In this document: piece after piece, positions 28,047 to 36,514 of the stretch
Numbering within the stretch: the stretch's first letter is position 1
How the letters are laid out: each line of letters begins with the position of its first letter
Assembly (NCBI GenBank): GCA_964348535.1
Contig: CAYGDB010000001.1
Location: 1-49,460 of the forward strand
Reading direction: 5' to 3'
DNA: 49,460 nt
Source of the DNA: an uncultured Candidatus Saccharibacteria bacterium
GTDB lineage: Bacteria; Patescibacteriota; Minisyncoccia; Phycocordibacterales; JAKFXT01
Position numbers and translations under genes: made by a program
Notes under the pieces: model-generated
The model's database searches: none
Told to the model about the DNA's origin: nothing
Seen by the model: only the letters and a program-made list of their open reading frames with translations

Positions 28047-28994
28047 ATGTTTGAGAATTGGACAAAATGGGCGGTCGGAGAAGGGCTAATGAAGACCACC
28101 AATCGCACCCTTTCTAAATTCTTTGGTGTAACTGCGGGTACGGCAGAGGCAACATTTGCGGCAACTGTGGTAATAGGCGTTGTTCAAACAATATTTGGTT
28201 TTTTTGGGGCATTGCATCGAAAAGAAGCTCTTGTTACTAGCAGTCGTCAGATATTGGGAAGTGTTTCTTTTGGTTTTATTGCAACCATTATGACAGTGTT
28301 GGGATTTATTGTTTTCACATTTCCTGGAGCTGATGTCGGCATTGTCACATTCATCATCACTCTATCTATAGTTCCTGGAATAGTTTTGGATAGAGTATTT
28401 TTTGGGGAAAAACTTTTAGCGCGTCAATACCTAGGTATCATTTTGTTTTTATTTGCCGGCTGGGCAATGTTAGGATTTATTTCGCTCCAAGAACTTATTA
28501 TGTTGCCCGCATGGGTGCTCGTCGCTTTCGGACTGATGTTCCTCTACCCGCTGAATGAATTTATTACACGCAAGCTGGCAGTTCGTGATAAGGCAGACCC
28601 GTTCGTTAATAACTTTTGGATAGGAATTTCCACGGTAATTTTTTCAATCGTTGGGTTCTTATTTTTTGTTCGAAGTGATTGGTATGAATTGTTTTATTTT
28701 GGAAAGGTCTTTTGGCTCGTGAGCATTGCGATGGGGTTTGTGGTAACCCTTATGGTCGTATTCAAGCTGGTGGCTTACAAGAGTGGAGGCACAATCGCTC
28801 TTAAGAAATTAGTAATGCAAGGAACGCACCTTCTAACCGCCGTACTTGCCGGAGCGTTTATTTTTGGTGAGGCCATAACTATCGGGAAAATAATTGGAAT
28901 TCTTATATTTTTTGTTGCATTCTCGCTTGTCGATAAAAATACATGGGGAGCATTTGTAAATTTTTCTAAGCACTTTCTTCGGCCAAAAACTTGA
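28047..28994 (+). CDS. DMT-superfamily (EamA-like) 9-10 TM transporter
   Basis: Two internally similar halves, each ending in an FGE motif (VFFGEKLLARQYLGIILFLFAG; FIFGEAITIGKIIGILIFFVA). Confidence 0.5.
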   Translation: MFENWTKWAVGEGLMKTTNRTLSKFFGVTAGTAEATFAATVVIGVVQTIFGFFGALHRKEALVTSSRQILGSVSFGFIATIMTVLGFIVFTFPGADVGIVTFIITLSIVPGIVLDRVFFGEKLLARQYLGIILFLFAGWAMLGFISLQELIMLPAWVLVAFGLMFLYPLNEFITRKLAVRDKADPFVNNFWIGISTVIFSIVGFLFFVRSDWYELFYFGKVFWLVSIAMGFVVTLMVVFKLVAYKSGGTIALKKLVMQGTHLLTAVLAGAFIFGEAITIGKIIGILIFFVAFSLVDKNTWGAFVNFSKHFLRPKT

Positions 28995-29077
28995 CTAAAC
29001 TGGTGATTTAGTGTTACCTTGTTGTAAGAGTTCTTTGTCTTTTTTTCTTACAACCTTTGCCTAAGGAGGGCAAAAAT

Positions 29078-30115
29078 ATGACAACAAACACGATTGACCG
29101 GGAAAAGCCGGTTATTCTGATCTGTGGCGTTGACCGCGCTGCGGAAGAAAATCATCACCTGATTGCGGGCGCTTTCATGCGCTCGCGGGCTCGCACTGTG
29201 AATGTTAGGGATATCGAATTCCGGAGCTACTTGTACGTGAGGAAGTATGTTCCTCGTGCCAAGGCTCTTCTTGTTCACACTTCTTCGGCCATATCTTTGT
29301 TTGGCGACCAAACGGAGCTCAAGTGGATCAAGATCGCTCGGAGGATTGACTTGCCTATATTTTCGGTTGCGGATACCCACTTTGGTTGGGCACGCCCGGA
29401 AGTGGGGAGTCTGGCTAAAAGCGTCAAACTTTTTGTCGCTTCACCATCCGAGGTTGCCGAGGCCACAACTTTCGGATATGAATCCCCAGAGTACATAGGG
29501 GGGCCACCTTTGTGGGGGTCATTTCGGATGCAGGATGGCTTTTACCGTCCGGAGGACAAAGTCTTTTTTGTGGGCGGGCTGAAATCTCCGAAAATCACCG
29601 ACGAAATGCTTGAAGTTGTGGTCCGAGGGATTCGTCTGGTACATGGTGATGACTTCGGTCTAATATTCAGGCCACATCCCAAGGAGGACTCAAGTGAGGA
29701 TATTAAATCCCGGCGGGAGGCTATTCTTCTCGGTGTAAGGCAAATTCCGGTTGGTTCCTCCGAGCTTCATGACCTTGCTCGTTCGGAGGTTTCGTTCTTT
29801 ACATCGGGGGCGACAGGAGTCATCGCTGCCGGCATCAATAGATTGCCAACAGCATACTATCTCTCGGATTCGGTTGACGCTCGAATGATGAAATCAATTG
29901 GGCGCAAGGACTGGACTCCTGTTTCCGAGGGTGCGACGGTCACCTTTAGGAGTCCTGAGGATGTGAAGGGGATTGTCGATGGTTTTCTGAACGTGAATGT
30001 TTCGTCATCCCTTCGTGGGGCCCAAGCAAAAGTTTATCCCGATGGACTTGGGGTTGGCTCTGCCGAGCGAATCGTCGAGCGTATACTCCAAGAACTCCAA
30101 GAAATTGGGGCTTAA
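29078..30115 (+). CDS. Hypothetical GT-B-like protein with RPHPK motif; G+C-rich cassette
   Basis: ORF 29057..30115; ATG 29078 is preceded by AAGGAGGGC (29063-29071). VFFVGG...LIFRPHPKE...FFTSGATGVIAAGINRLPTAYY parallels the 24928 product. Confidence 0.45.
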   Translation: MTTNTIDREKPVILICGVDRAAEENHHLIAGAFMRSRARTVNVRDIEFRSYLYVRKYVPRAKALLVHTSSAISLFGDQTELKWIKIARRIDLPIFSVADTHFGWARPEVGSLAKSVKLFVASPSEVAEATTFGYESPEYIGGPPLWGSFRMQDGFYRPEDKVFFVGGLKSPKITDEMLEVVVRGIRLVHGDDFGLIFRPHPKEDSSEDIKSRREAILLGVRQIPVGSSELHDLARSEVSFFTSGATGVIAAGINRLPTAYYLSDSVDARMMKSIGRKDWTPVSEGATVTFRSPEDVKGIVDGFLNVNVSSSLRGAQAKVYPDGLGVGSAERIVERILQELQEIGA

Positions 30116-30135
30116 CTTTCTAAGTTCCTTTCGTA

Positions 30136-30172
30136 AATGTCCAGAGTGAATCTTCACTCTGGACATTTTTTT
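30136..30172 (+). terminator. Rho-independent terminator
   Basis: AATGTCCAGAGTGAA (30136-30150) pairs with TTCACTCTGGACATT (30153-30167), then a T-run. Confidence 0.85.
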
Positions 30173-30191
30173 GTTGCATTAAAAATAATTT

Positions 30192-30219
30192 TTGTTAGTG
30201 TTAATTTACATACTATAAT
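30192..30219 (+). promoter_or_regulatory. Candidate promoter for neuA and downstream genes
   Basis: TTGTTA (30192-30197), 16-nt spacer, TATAAT (30214-30219), 19 nt before the ATG at 30238. Confidence 0.5.
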
Positions 30220-30237
30220 TTGGTTTTTTATATATCT

Positions 30238-30960
30238 ATGGAAATACAAAAAAAAATTCTTGCGGTTATTACCGCTCGTGGTGGTTCAAAAGGCCTTCCA
30301 GGTAAAAATATTAAGATTTTAGGTGGAAAACCTCTTATTGCTTACAGTATTGAGTCTGCCAAAGAAAGCGATCTAATAACTCACTCCATTGTTTCAACAG
30401 ATGATCCCGAAATAGCGGAAGTGGCTCGCAAGTGTGGTGGCGAAGTTCCGTTTATGCGTCCTGCGGAGCTCGCGATAGACACAGCTGGACATGTCGGTGT
30501 TATGCAACATGCGGTGAAATTCATGGAGGAAAAGCTTGGTCTTACATTTGACTATGCTGTAATTTTCCAACCAACGTCGCCATTTCGAACTAAGGATGAA
30601 GTTGATGGCACTATTCAAAAACTGATAGATATCGGAGCCGATTCAGCTGTAAGTATTTTTGAAATAGATTCCACGTATCATCCTATTAAGGTGAAAAAAC
30701 TTGAGGGAGATCGAGTTCTTCCGTATTGTATGGAAGAGCCAGAAGGAAAGAGACGGCAAGACCTGCCAAAAGCATATCGCAGAAGCAGTGCTATATATGC
30801 AATGAAAAGAGACCTTTTGATGATTGATGGAAAGCTTTTTGGAGACTATGTTGTCGGATATGTAACTCCACGCGAATACTTTGTTGATATTGATACCCAT
30901 TTTGATTGGATGGTGGCGGAAGGCATATTCAATAAGTTGAATGCGGCTGGGCGGATATAA
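30238..30960 (+). CDS. neuA: Acylneuraminate cytidylyltransferase (CMP-sialic acid synthetase family)
   Basis: ORF 30220..30960 with the start at ATG 30238. ILAVITARGGSKGLPGKNIKILGGKPLIAYSIE is the canonical CTP_transf_3 N-terminus. Confidence 0.88.
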   Translation: MEIQKKILAVITARGGSKGLPGKNIKILGGKPLIAYSIESAKESDLITHSIVSTDDPEIAEVARKCGGEVPFMRPAELAIDTAGHVGVMQHAVKFMEEKLGLTFDYAVIFQPTSPFRTKDEVDGTIQKLIDIGADSAVSIFEIDSTYHPIKVKKLEGDRVLPYCMEEPEGKRRQDLPKAYRRSSAIYAMKRDLLMIDGKLFGDYVVGYVTPREYFVDIDTHFDWMVAEGIFNKLNAAGRI

Positions 30961-30961
30961 A

Positions 30962-32332
30962 ATGAAAAACAAGACTTGGTGGGTGACAATTCTTATTGCG
31001 GTTTCGTTTTTGTCAGCGGCTTTGTCGTTTTTTGTTATTTATGATTTATCGGTTAAAAACGAGTTTCGTTTTCCCTCTCTTACTGGGGATTCCAATCACT
31101 ATCGCATTCTTGCCGAGAATCTTATTTCAAAACAGGCTTTTGACCGTTTTCCGGACTCCTACTCGCCGGAGGATTTTAGGACTCCGGGGTATCCGTTATT
31201 TCTTGCTCTGCTTTTTCTGATAACCGGAAGCTGGGTTTTCTCGGCGTTTTTACAGTCGCTTATTATGGCTTCTATTCCCATACTGACTTATTTTCTGGGG
31301 GAGAAGATTTTTAACGCCCGAGTCGGACTTGTTGCCGGTTTCATCGTCGCCCTTGACCCGCTTAGGCATTTTTTCTCTTCTCTTACTTTATCGGACGCTC
31401 CTTTTACGGCGCTTTTGCTGGCTGTTTTTGTTTTATTTTTCTATGCCATTCACGATAGCGTAAATCCTGGCAGGAAAATGTTTATGGCGGGGCTTGTTCT
31501 CGGTTTCGCCGTTTTGGTTCGTCCGATAGGGCAGTTTCTGCCGATATTTTTTATATTATTTTGGTTTGTTCAAAAGAGGTGGGAGATTCGTTTGAATTTA
31601 AAACCGGCGATTATTTTTCTGGCGGGATTTTTAATTGTTGTCGGAGCTTGGTCTATCCGCAATCAGGTTACCTTTGGCACTTGGGAGATTGCTTCGGTCA
31701 GTAATTATAATATTGCTTATTACGCCGAACTTTTTGAACAAGAAAGAACGGGGGTTTCGCTTAACGAGCAACAAGAGAAGCTTGCTTCAGAGCTTGGCTA
31801 TTCGGACAGGGAAGTGATGCGCTCAATGAAAGCAAATGATATCAATATAAGATACGCCAAGGATGTTCTTTTTGCCCATCCTTTTGAATACACTTACTAC
31901 CATTTGGTAAAAACAATCCCGTTTTTTCTAAACGATGGACTTAGGGATACCGCTCGTTTGCTCGGCCTTAACGACGAACCTCTCCCAAATTTCACAGGGT
32001 TTCTTCTTGACGGAGAATTTAAGAAGTTTTTTCAAACTCTTGGTGTCGGAGGGGTTAATGCCACCCTTTTAATTATGGGCTCCGGTTTTATGTTTATTTT
32101 TTTGATTTTAGCCGGTTACGGGGCGCTTGTCGGATTTAAAAACAGGGAAAGTCGTCTTGCGGTTATCTTTTTTGTCGGCATAATTTTTTATTTTGCTCTT
32201 GTTACGGGTCCTGTATCAACCGCTCGTTACCGCTTGCCCGTTATGCCGTTTATTACCATTCTGGCCGTTTCAGGATTTATTTCCGCTTTTCATAAGATAA
32301 GGTCGCGTTCTGGCATTGCTCATCTTAAATGA
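30962..32332 (+). CDS. GT-C membrane glycosyltransferase (PMT_2/ArnT-like)
   Basis: ATG 30962 directly abuts the neuA stop. SPEDFRTPGYPLFLALLF loop motif after TM1; ~11 TM helices. Confidence 0.7.
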   Translation: MKNKTWWVTILIAVSFLSAALSFFVIYDLSVKNEFRFPSLTGDSNHYRILAENLISKQAFDRFPDSYSPEDFRTPGYPLFLALLFLITGSWVFSAFLQSLIMASIPILTYFLGEKIFNARVGLVAGFIVALDPLRHFFSSLTLSDAPFTALLLAVFVLFFYAIHDSVNPGRKMFMAGLVLGFAVLVRPIGQFLPIFFILFWFVQKRWEIRLNLKPAIIFLAGFLIVVGAWSIRNQVTFGTWEIASVSNYNIAYYAELFEQERTGVSLNEQQEKLASELGYSDREVMRSMKANDINIRYAKDVLFAHPFEYTYYHLVKTIPFFLNDGLRDTARLLGLNDEPLPNFTGFLLDGEFKKFFQTLGVGGVNATLLIMGSGFMFIFLILAGYGALVGFKNRESRLAVIFFVGIIFYFALVTGPVSTARYRLPVMPFITILAVSGFISAFHKIRSRSGIAHLK

Positions 32333-32367
32333 TATAATGCGGATTAATTCTGTATAAAGCATAAAGT

Positions 32368-33105
32368 ATGAACGAGCCACATCTTTCCATAATCATTCCG
32401 GCTTATAACGAAGTCAACCGTTTGCCAAAAACTCTGGACTCGCTTTTTTCCTATCTTCCAAAACTTGAGCGGACTTATGAGATTTTAATAGTAAACGACG
32501 GCAGTACTGATGGCACAAAAGAGCTCGTAGAGAACATCATTAAAACACACCCGGAGGTCAGACTTATTTCATATTCTCCAAACCGCGGTCGCGGATACGC
32601 CGTAAAGCGTGGTGTGCTCGAGGCCAAGGGTGAGATTATTCTTGAGACGGATGCGGATGGTAGTGTCGCGGATGAAGCCATAGGAAGATTTATTAGGGCG
32701 TTTGATTCAGACTCTTCACTTCAAGCTGTTTTTGGCAGTAGGGAAATGGAAGGGGCGCGGATAGCGGAACGTCAACCGCCACTTAGAGTCTTTCTCGGGT
32801 ATATGTTTATTCTGCTCGCCAAAATTCTTTTCTGGATGTGGAATGTCAGCGATTTCACTTTAGGTTTCAAGATGTTCAGAAGAGAGGCGGCTAGAGATAT
32901 TTTTGCCCGCCAGTACAATATTTATTATTTAGCTGAAGCGGAAATAATATATGTTGCGGAAAAAAGAGGTTTTAAATGGATTCAGCTTCCGGTAACTTGG
33001 GTTGATAACAAAGATTCCAGGGTTAATCCATTTATAGAAACTTTAAGATCGCTTTTCGGAATTGTTCAGGTTCTTGTCAATTCTCTAGTCGGTAAATATA
33101 AGTAA
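32368..33105 (+). CDS. GT2 polyprenyl-phosphate sugar synthase
   Basis: LSIIIPAYNEVNRLPKTL, VNDGSTDGT, LETDADGS. Confidence 0.85.
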   Translation: MNEPHLSIIIPAYNEVNRLPKTLDSLFSYLPKLERTYEILIVNDGSTDGTKELVENIIKTHPEVRLISYSPNRGRGYAVKRGVLEAKGEIILETDADGSVADEAIGRFIRAFDSDSSLQAVFGSREMEGARIAERQPPLRVFLGYMFILLAKILFWMWNVSDFTLGFKMFRREAARDIFARQYNIYYLAEAEIIYVAEKRGFKWIQLPVTWVDNKDSRVNPFIETLRSLFGIVQVLVNSLVGKYK

Positions 33106-33110
33106 GTTTT

Positions 33111-33848
33111 ATGGACAAGTCGCTTTATTCCGAGATGGCTTTTCTTGAAACGCGCCATTGGTGGTTTCTCGGACGAAGGGCCATTATATTTGATGTCATA
33201 AAAAGGTTTTGCGGTTCTCCTTCAGGCAAAGCTCTTGATGTGGGAATTGGAACCGGTATAAACGGCGTATTATTATCTAAGGTTGGTTATGCTGTGGACG
33301 GAGTTGAGGACTCGGACGAAGCGATGCTTTATGTCAAAAAAAATTATCCCAATCTGTCGGTTTTAAAAACCTCTTTTCCTTCCTCTTCCATACCGCCCGC
33401 CTCATACAATTTGGTAACCATGTTTGATGTTGTTGAACATATAGGAGAGGATGTGTCGGCTTTGAAAGCTGCCCGTCAAGCTCTCGTTCCCGGCGGTCGT
33501 GTTGTTATTACCGCTCCAGCTTTTTCTTTTCTTTGGACAAAGCACGATGAGCTGGCACATCATAAGAGACGCTACAGAAGAAAGGAGTTGAAAACAAAAC
33601 TTGAAGAAGCCGGTTTTGAGACGCTTTTTATAAGTTATTTTAATTTCTTTCTTTTTCCGGCCATTATTGTCTTTCGTCTTTTGGGCAAGTTGATCTTAAA
33701 AGAAAACGCAAATAGTGACTTTTCAAGCACTCCGAATTTTCTTAATTTGCCATTCGCGAAACTTTTTTCTTTAGAGCGTTTTTTGATGCGTTTGTTTTCT
33801 TTGCCGTTTGGCGTTTCCATAATAGCTGTCGGTCAAAAACCCATATGA
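33111..33848 (+). CDS. Class I SAM-dependent methyltransferase
   Basis: ALDVGIGTGINGVLL (motif I), YNLVTMFDVVEHI, GGRVVITAP. Confidence 0.8.
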   Translation: MDKSLYSEMAFLETRHWWFLGRRAIIFDVIKRFCGSPSGKALDVGIGTGINGVLLSKVGYAVDGVEDSDEAMLYVKKNYPNLSVLKTSFPSSSIPPASYNLVTMFDVVEHIGEDVSALKAARQALVPGGRVVITAPAFSFLWTKHDELAHHKRRYRRKELKTKLEEAGFETLFISYFNFFLFPAIIVFRLLGKLILKENANSDFSSTPNFLNLPFAKLFSLERFLMRLFSLPFGVSIIAVGQKPI

Positions 33849-34318
33849 AAAATAATATAATAAAAATATCAACTTTTCTTTCACGTTCCAGGTACCTCCA
33901 CTTTTTTGCGGTAGGGGCGACAGGCGTTGCTCTGAATCTTGCCATTACCGCCTTTTTTGCCGAAATGGTGTTTGGTCGGGAAAACTATTTTTCCGCTTAC
34001 ATTATTGGCCTCATAGCGAATCTTCTCTACAATTTTGTTCTGCACACGGTAATGACATTTAAGACTAAAACAAATCATGCCAGGCGTTTGAGTATTTTTC
34101 TTATTTATTCTCTCGCTCTGACTTACCTGCAAGCTTATGTGGTCAAGTCCGTAGTCTCCTACGTTGGAGTAAACTGGTATCTGGTTGTTATTGCCTCCGT
34201 TATCTTGGTTTTTTCCATGGTTACATTTTTGCTTTTCAAATTCGTTCTTTTTCGAGAAGATGAGAAGCTTGAGAATGATAATAACTTTAATGTTGCAAAT
34301 GACCCCGCAACAAGATAG
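33845..34318 (+). CDS. GtrA-family small membrane protein (lipid-linked sugar translocation)
   Basis: ATGA overlap. 157 aa with 4 TM helices; FFAVGATGVALNLAITAFF is a GtrA-like first helix. Confidence 0.75.
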   Translation: MKNNIIKISTFLSRSRYLHFFAVGATGVALNLAITAFFAEMVFGRENYFSAYIIGLIANLLYNFVLHTVMTFKTKTNHARRLSIFLIYSLALTYLQAYVVKSVVSYVGVNWYLVVIASVILVFSMVTFLLFKFVLFREDEKLENDNNFNVANDPATR

Positions 34319-34328
34319 GATTTTGCTT

Positions 34329-36485
34329 ATGAATATTAATCATTTTTTGCGCCGGGCTTTGATTGTGGGCGTCTTTTTTATCCCTTTCATTGTTTTAATC
34401 GTGCCGGGCAATATGTTTTTTCCTTTTATTACTGGGAAGAATTTTACTTTTAGGATTATTGTGGAAGTTCTCCTTGGCCTTTATCTGGCGCTTGCTCTAA
34501 GGGATTCTTCTTATCGACCCAGATTTTCTTGGTTGCTTGGTTCTTTCGCGATTTTTCTGGCCATTATAGGACTTGCCGATTTGTTGGGAGAAAATCCTTA
34601 TAAAAGTTTTTGGAGCAATTTTGAACGGATGGAGGGATACATAACTTTTCTCCATCTTTTTGCTTATTTTGTTATCGCGAGCGTCGTTTTCAACACGGAA
34701 AAACTTTGGGAGCGTCTTTTTCAAACGTCTTTGGTGGCAAGTGTTATTTTGGCCGGTTACGGTCTTCTCCAGGCCTTTGGCGTGCTTGCCATTCATCAGG
34801 GCTCAAGTCGGGTTGATGCTTCGCTCGGAAACTCTACCTATTTTGCCGTCTATGTCGTCATTCATATTTTCTTGGCGATGTTTCTTTTTCTCAAGCATAG
34901 AGAAATCTTGGGTTTGAAGATTTTTTACGGACTCTCCGTTCTTTTGAATCTTTTTATTTTGTATCAGACAGAAACTCGCGGCGCCATTATTGGATTTGTG
35001 GGCGGTATCTTTTTGACCGCCCTCATCATCGCCTTATTTGAAAAAGATGATAAGCGAACAAAAAAAATAGCAGTAGGTGGAGTGATTGGAATTATTGTCA
35101 TTGTCAGTCTTTTTATTACTTTTCGCGATTCTTCTTTTATTAAAGATAGTCGCACTTTTGGGCGTCTTGCCGGCATATCTTTAAGCGATGCTTATACCAA
35201 CCCCCGCATCCCGATCTGGACTCTTGCCTTTGAAGGATTTAAAGAGAAGCCGATTTTGGGATGGGGGCAGGAAAATTTTAATTACGTTTTCAATAAATAC
35301 TATACGCCGAATCTTTATCCGCAGGAGCAGTGGTTTGACCGCAGTCACAATATTATTCTCGACTGGCTTATAGCGGGCGGTATTTTGGGGTTGCTCGGAT
35401 ATCTCTCTCTTTATTTTCTTTCCCTTTTTTATATTTGGAAAAAAGGGGAATTCACTTTCAAAGAGAAAGCGGTTTTAACTGGTCTTTTCGGTGCTTATTT
35501 TTTCCACAACATCTTCGTTTTTGACCACCTCGTTTCTCTCATCCTTTTTGTAACTTTGTTTTCCTATCTTCATTCTCATTCAGTTCGCTCGAGGTTGGGG
35601 ATTCCAAAACCTGCCAAGTCTCCTAACCTTTGGCTTCAAAAATCAGCCCTTCCAGCCGGAATTATTTTATCTCTCGGTTTGGTTTATTTTATAAATTGGA
35701 ACGCTTATTCGGCAAATCTTAATCTCATAAAGGCCATAACGGTATCTCAAAAGCCAGAGGAAAGCATCGTGTTTTTCAAAAAGGCTCTTGGTTACGACGC
35801 TTTTGGAAATCAAGAAATTCGGGAACAGCTGATGCAGTACGCTATGAATATCAGAAATGCTCAAGTTCCCGATTCCGCAAAGCAAGAAATCGCCAAGTTG
35901 ACTGTCGAAGAAATGAAAAAAATGATAGAACAGGCGCCAAACGACCCGCGCCACTACCTTTTCTTTGGCAGTGTTTTAGACGCTTATGGTGATCCTGACG
36001 ATGGAGAAAAATATTTAACAAAAGCCCTTGAGCTTTCTCCAAAAAAACAATCCATTATTTTTCAGCTTGGCACTCATTATCTAAACATAGGCAACAAACA
36101 AAAAGCCCTTGAGCTTTTTAAGCAGGCCTATGACCTTGAGCCGAATTATCCGGAAGCAAAGTTGATTTACGCTATGGGAGCGATTTATGCTGGCAATAAT
36201 AAACTGGCGGAAGATCTGATAGGCAAAGAAATAGTTATCGACGACAGATTACTCCGTGCTTATGCGGATAATAAACAATTCAGCAAAGCGGCTGATATCA
36301 TAAAAGCTAAAATCGCTTTGAATCCAGGCGACATACAAACACGACTTACTCTGGCTGCTCTTTATTATCAGGCGGGACAGAAGAGTAATGCCGTCTCTGT
36401 TATTAAAGAAATCATCGCTCAAAATCCCGATTTTAAAACTCAGGGCGAGAGCTTCATCAAAGAAATACAAGCCGGGGGAATTTAG
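34329..36485 (+). CDS. O-antigen ligase (Wzy_C) domain membrane protein with C-terminal TPR repeats
   Basis: ORF 34185 overlaps gtrA; ATG 34329 (MNINHFLRR) is preferred. YQTETRGAIIGFVGG and RSHNIILDWLIAGGILG. TPR-like KALELSPKK...ALELFKQAYDLEPNYPEA. Confidence 0.8.
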   Translation: MNINHFLRRALIVGVFFIPFIVLIVPGNMFFPFITGKNFTFRIIVEVLLGLYLALALRDSSYRPRFSWLLGSFAIFLAIIGLADLLGENPYKSFWSNFERMEGYITFLHLFAYFVIASVVFNTEKLWERLFQTSLVASVILAGYGLLQAFGVLAIHQGSSRVDASLGNSTYFAVYVVIHIFLAMFLFLKHREILGLKIFYGLSVLLNLFILYQTETRGAIIGFVGGIFLTALIIALFEKDDKRTKKIAVGGVIGIIVIVSLFITFRDSSFIKDSRTFGRLAGISLSDAYTNPRIPIWTLAFEGFKEKPILGWGQENFNYVFNKYYTPNLYPQEQWFDRSHNIILDWLIAGGILGLLGYLSLYFLSLFYIWKKGEFTFKEKAVLTGLFGAYFFHNIFVFDHLVSLILFVTLFSYLHSHSVRSRLGIPKPAKSPNLWLQKSALPAGIILSLGLVYFINWNAYSANLNLIKAITVSQKPEESIVFFKKALGYDAFGNQEIREQLMQYAMNIRNAQVPDSAKQEIAKLTVEEMKKMIEQAPNDPRHYLFFGSVLDAYGDPDDGEKYLTKALELSPKKQSIIFQLGTHYLNIGNKQKALELFKQAYDLEPNYPEAKLIYAMGAIYAGNNKLAEDLIGKEIVIDDRLLRAYADNKQFSKAADIIKAKIALNPGDIQTRLTLAALYYQAGQKSNAVSVIKEIIAQNPDFKTQGESFIKEIQAGGI

Positions 36486-36486
36486 T

Positions 36487-36514
36487 TTGACTTATTTAAT
36501 ATTTTTGCTATACT
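36487..36514 (+). promoter_or_regulatory. Strong candidate promoter with extended -10
   Basis: TTGACT (36487-36492), 16-nt spacer, TGcTATACT (36506-36514). Confidence 0.6.

Noticed and set aside
28991-29019. TTGACT-17-TTACCT as promoter of the G+C-rich orphan cassette
   Set aside because: The -35 is good, but the -10 matches only 2 of 6 consensus positions, so it is not reported as a feature.
34185-34328. Upstream extension of the Wzy_C-TPR ORF (track start 34185)
   Set aside because: It would overlap the GtrA gene by 134 nt in another frame. The ATG at 34329 gives a normal signal-anchor N-terminus (MNINHFLRRALIVGVFFIPF).
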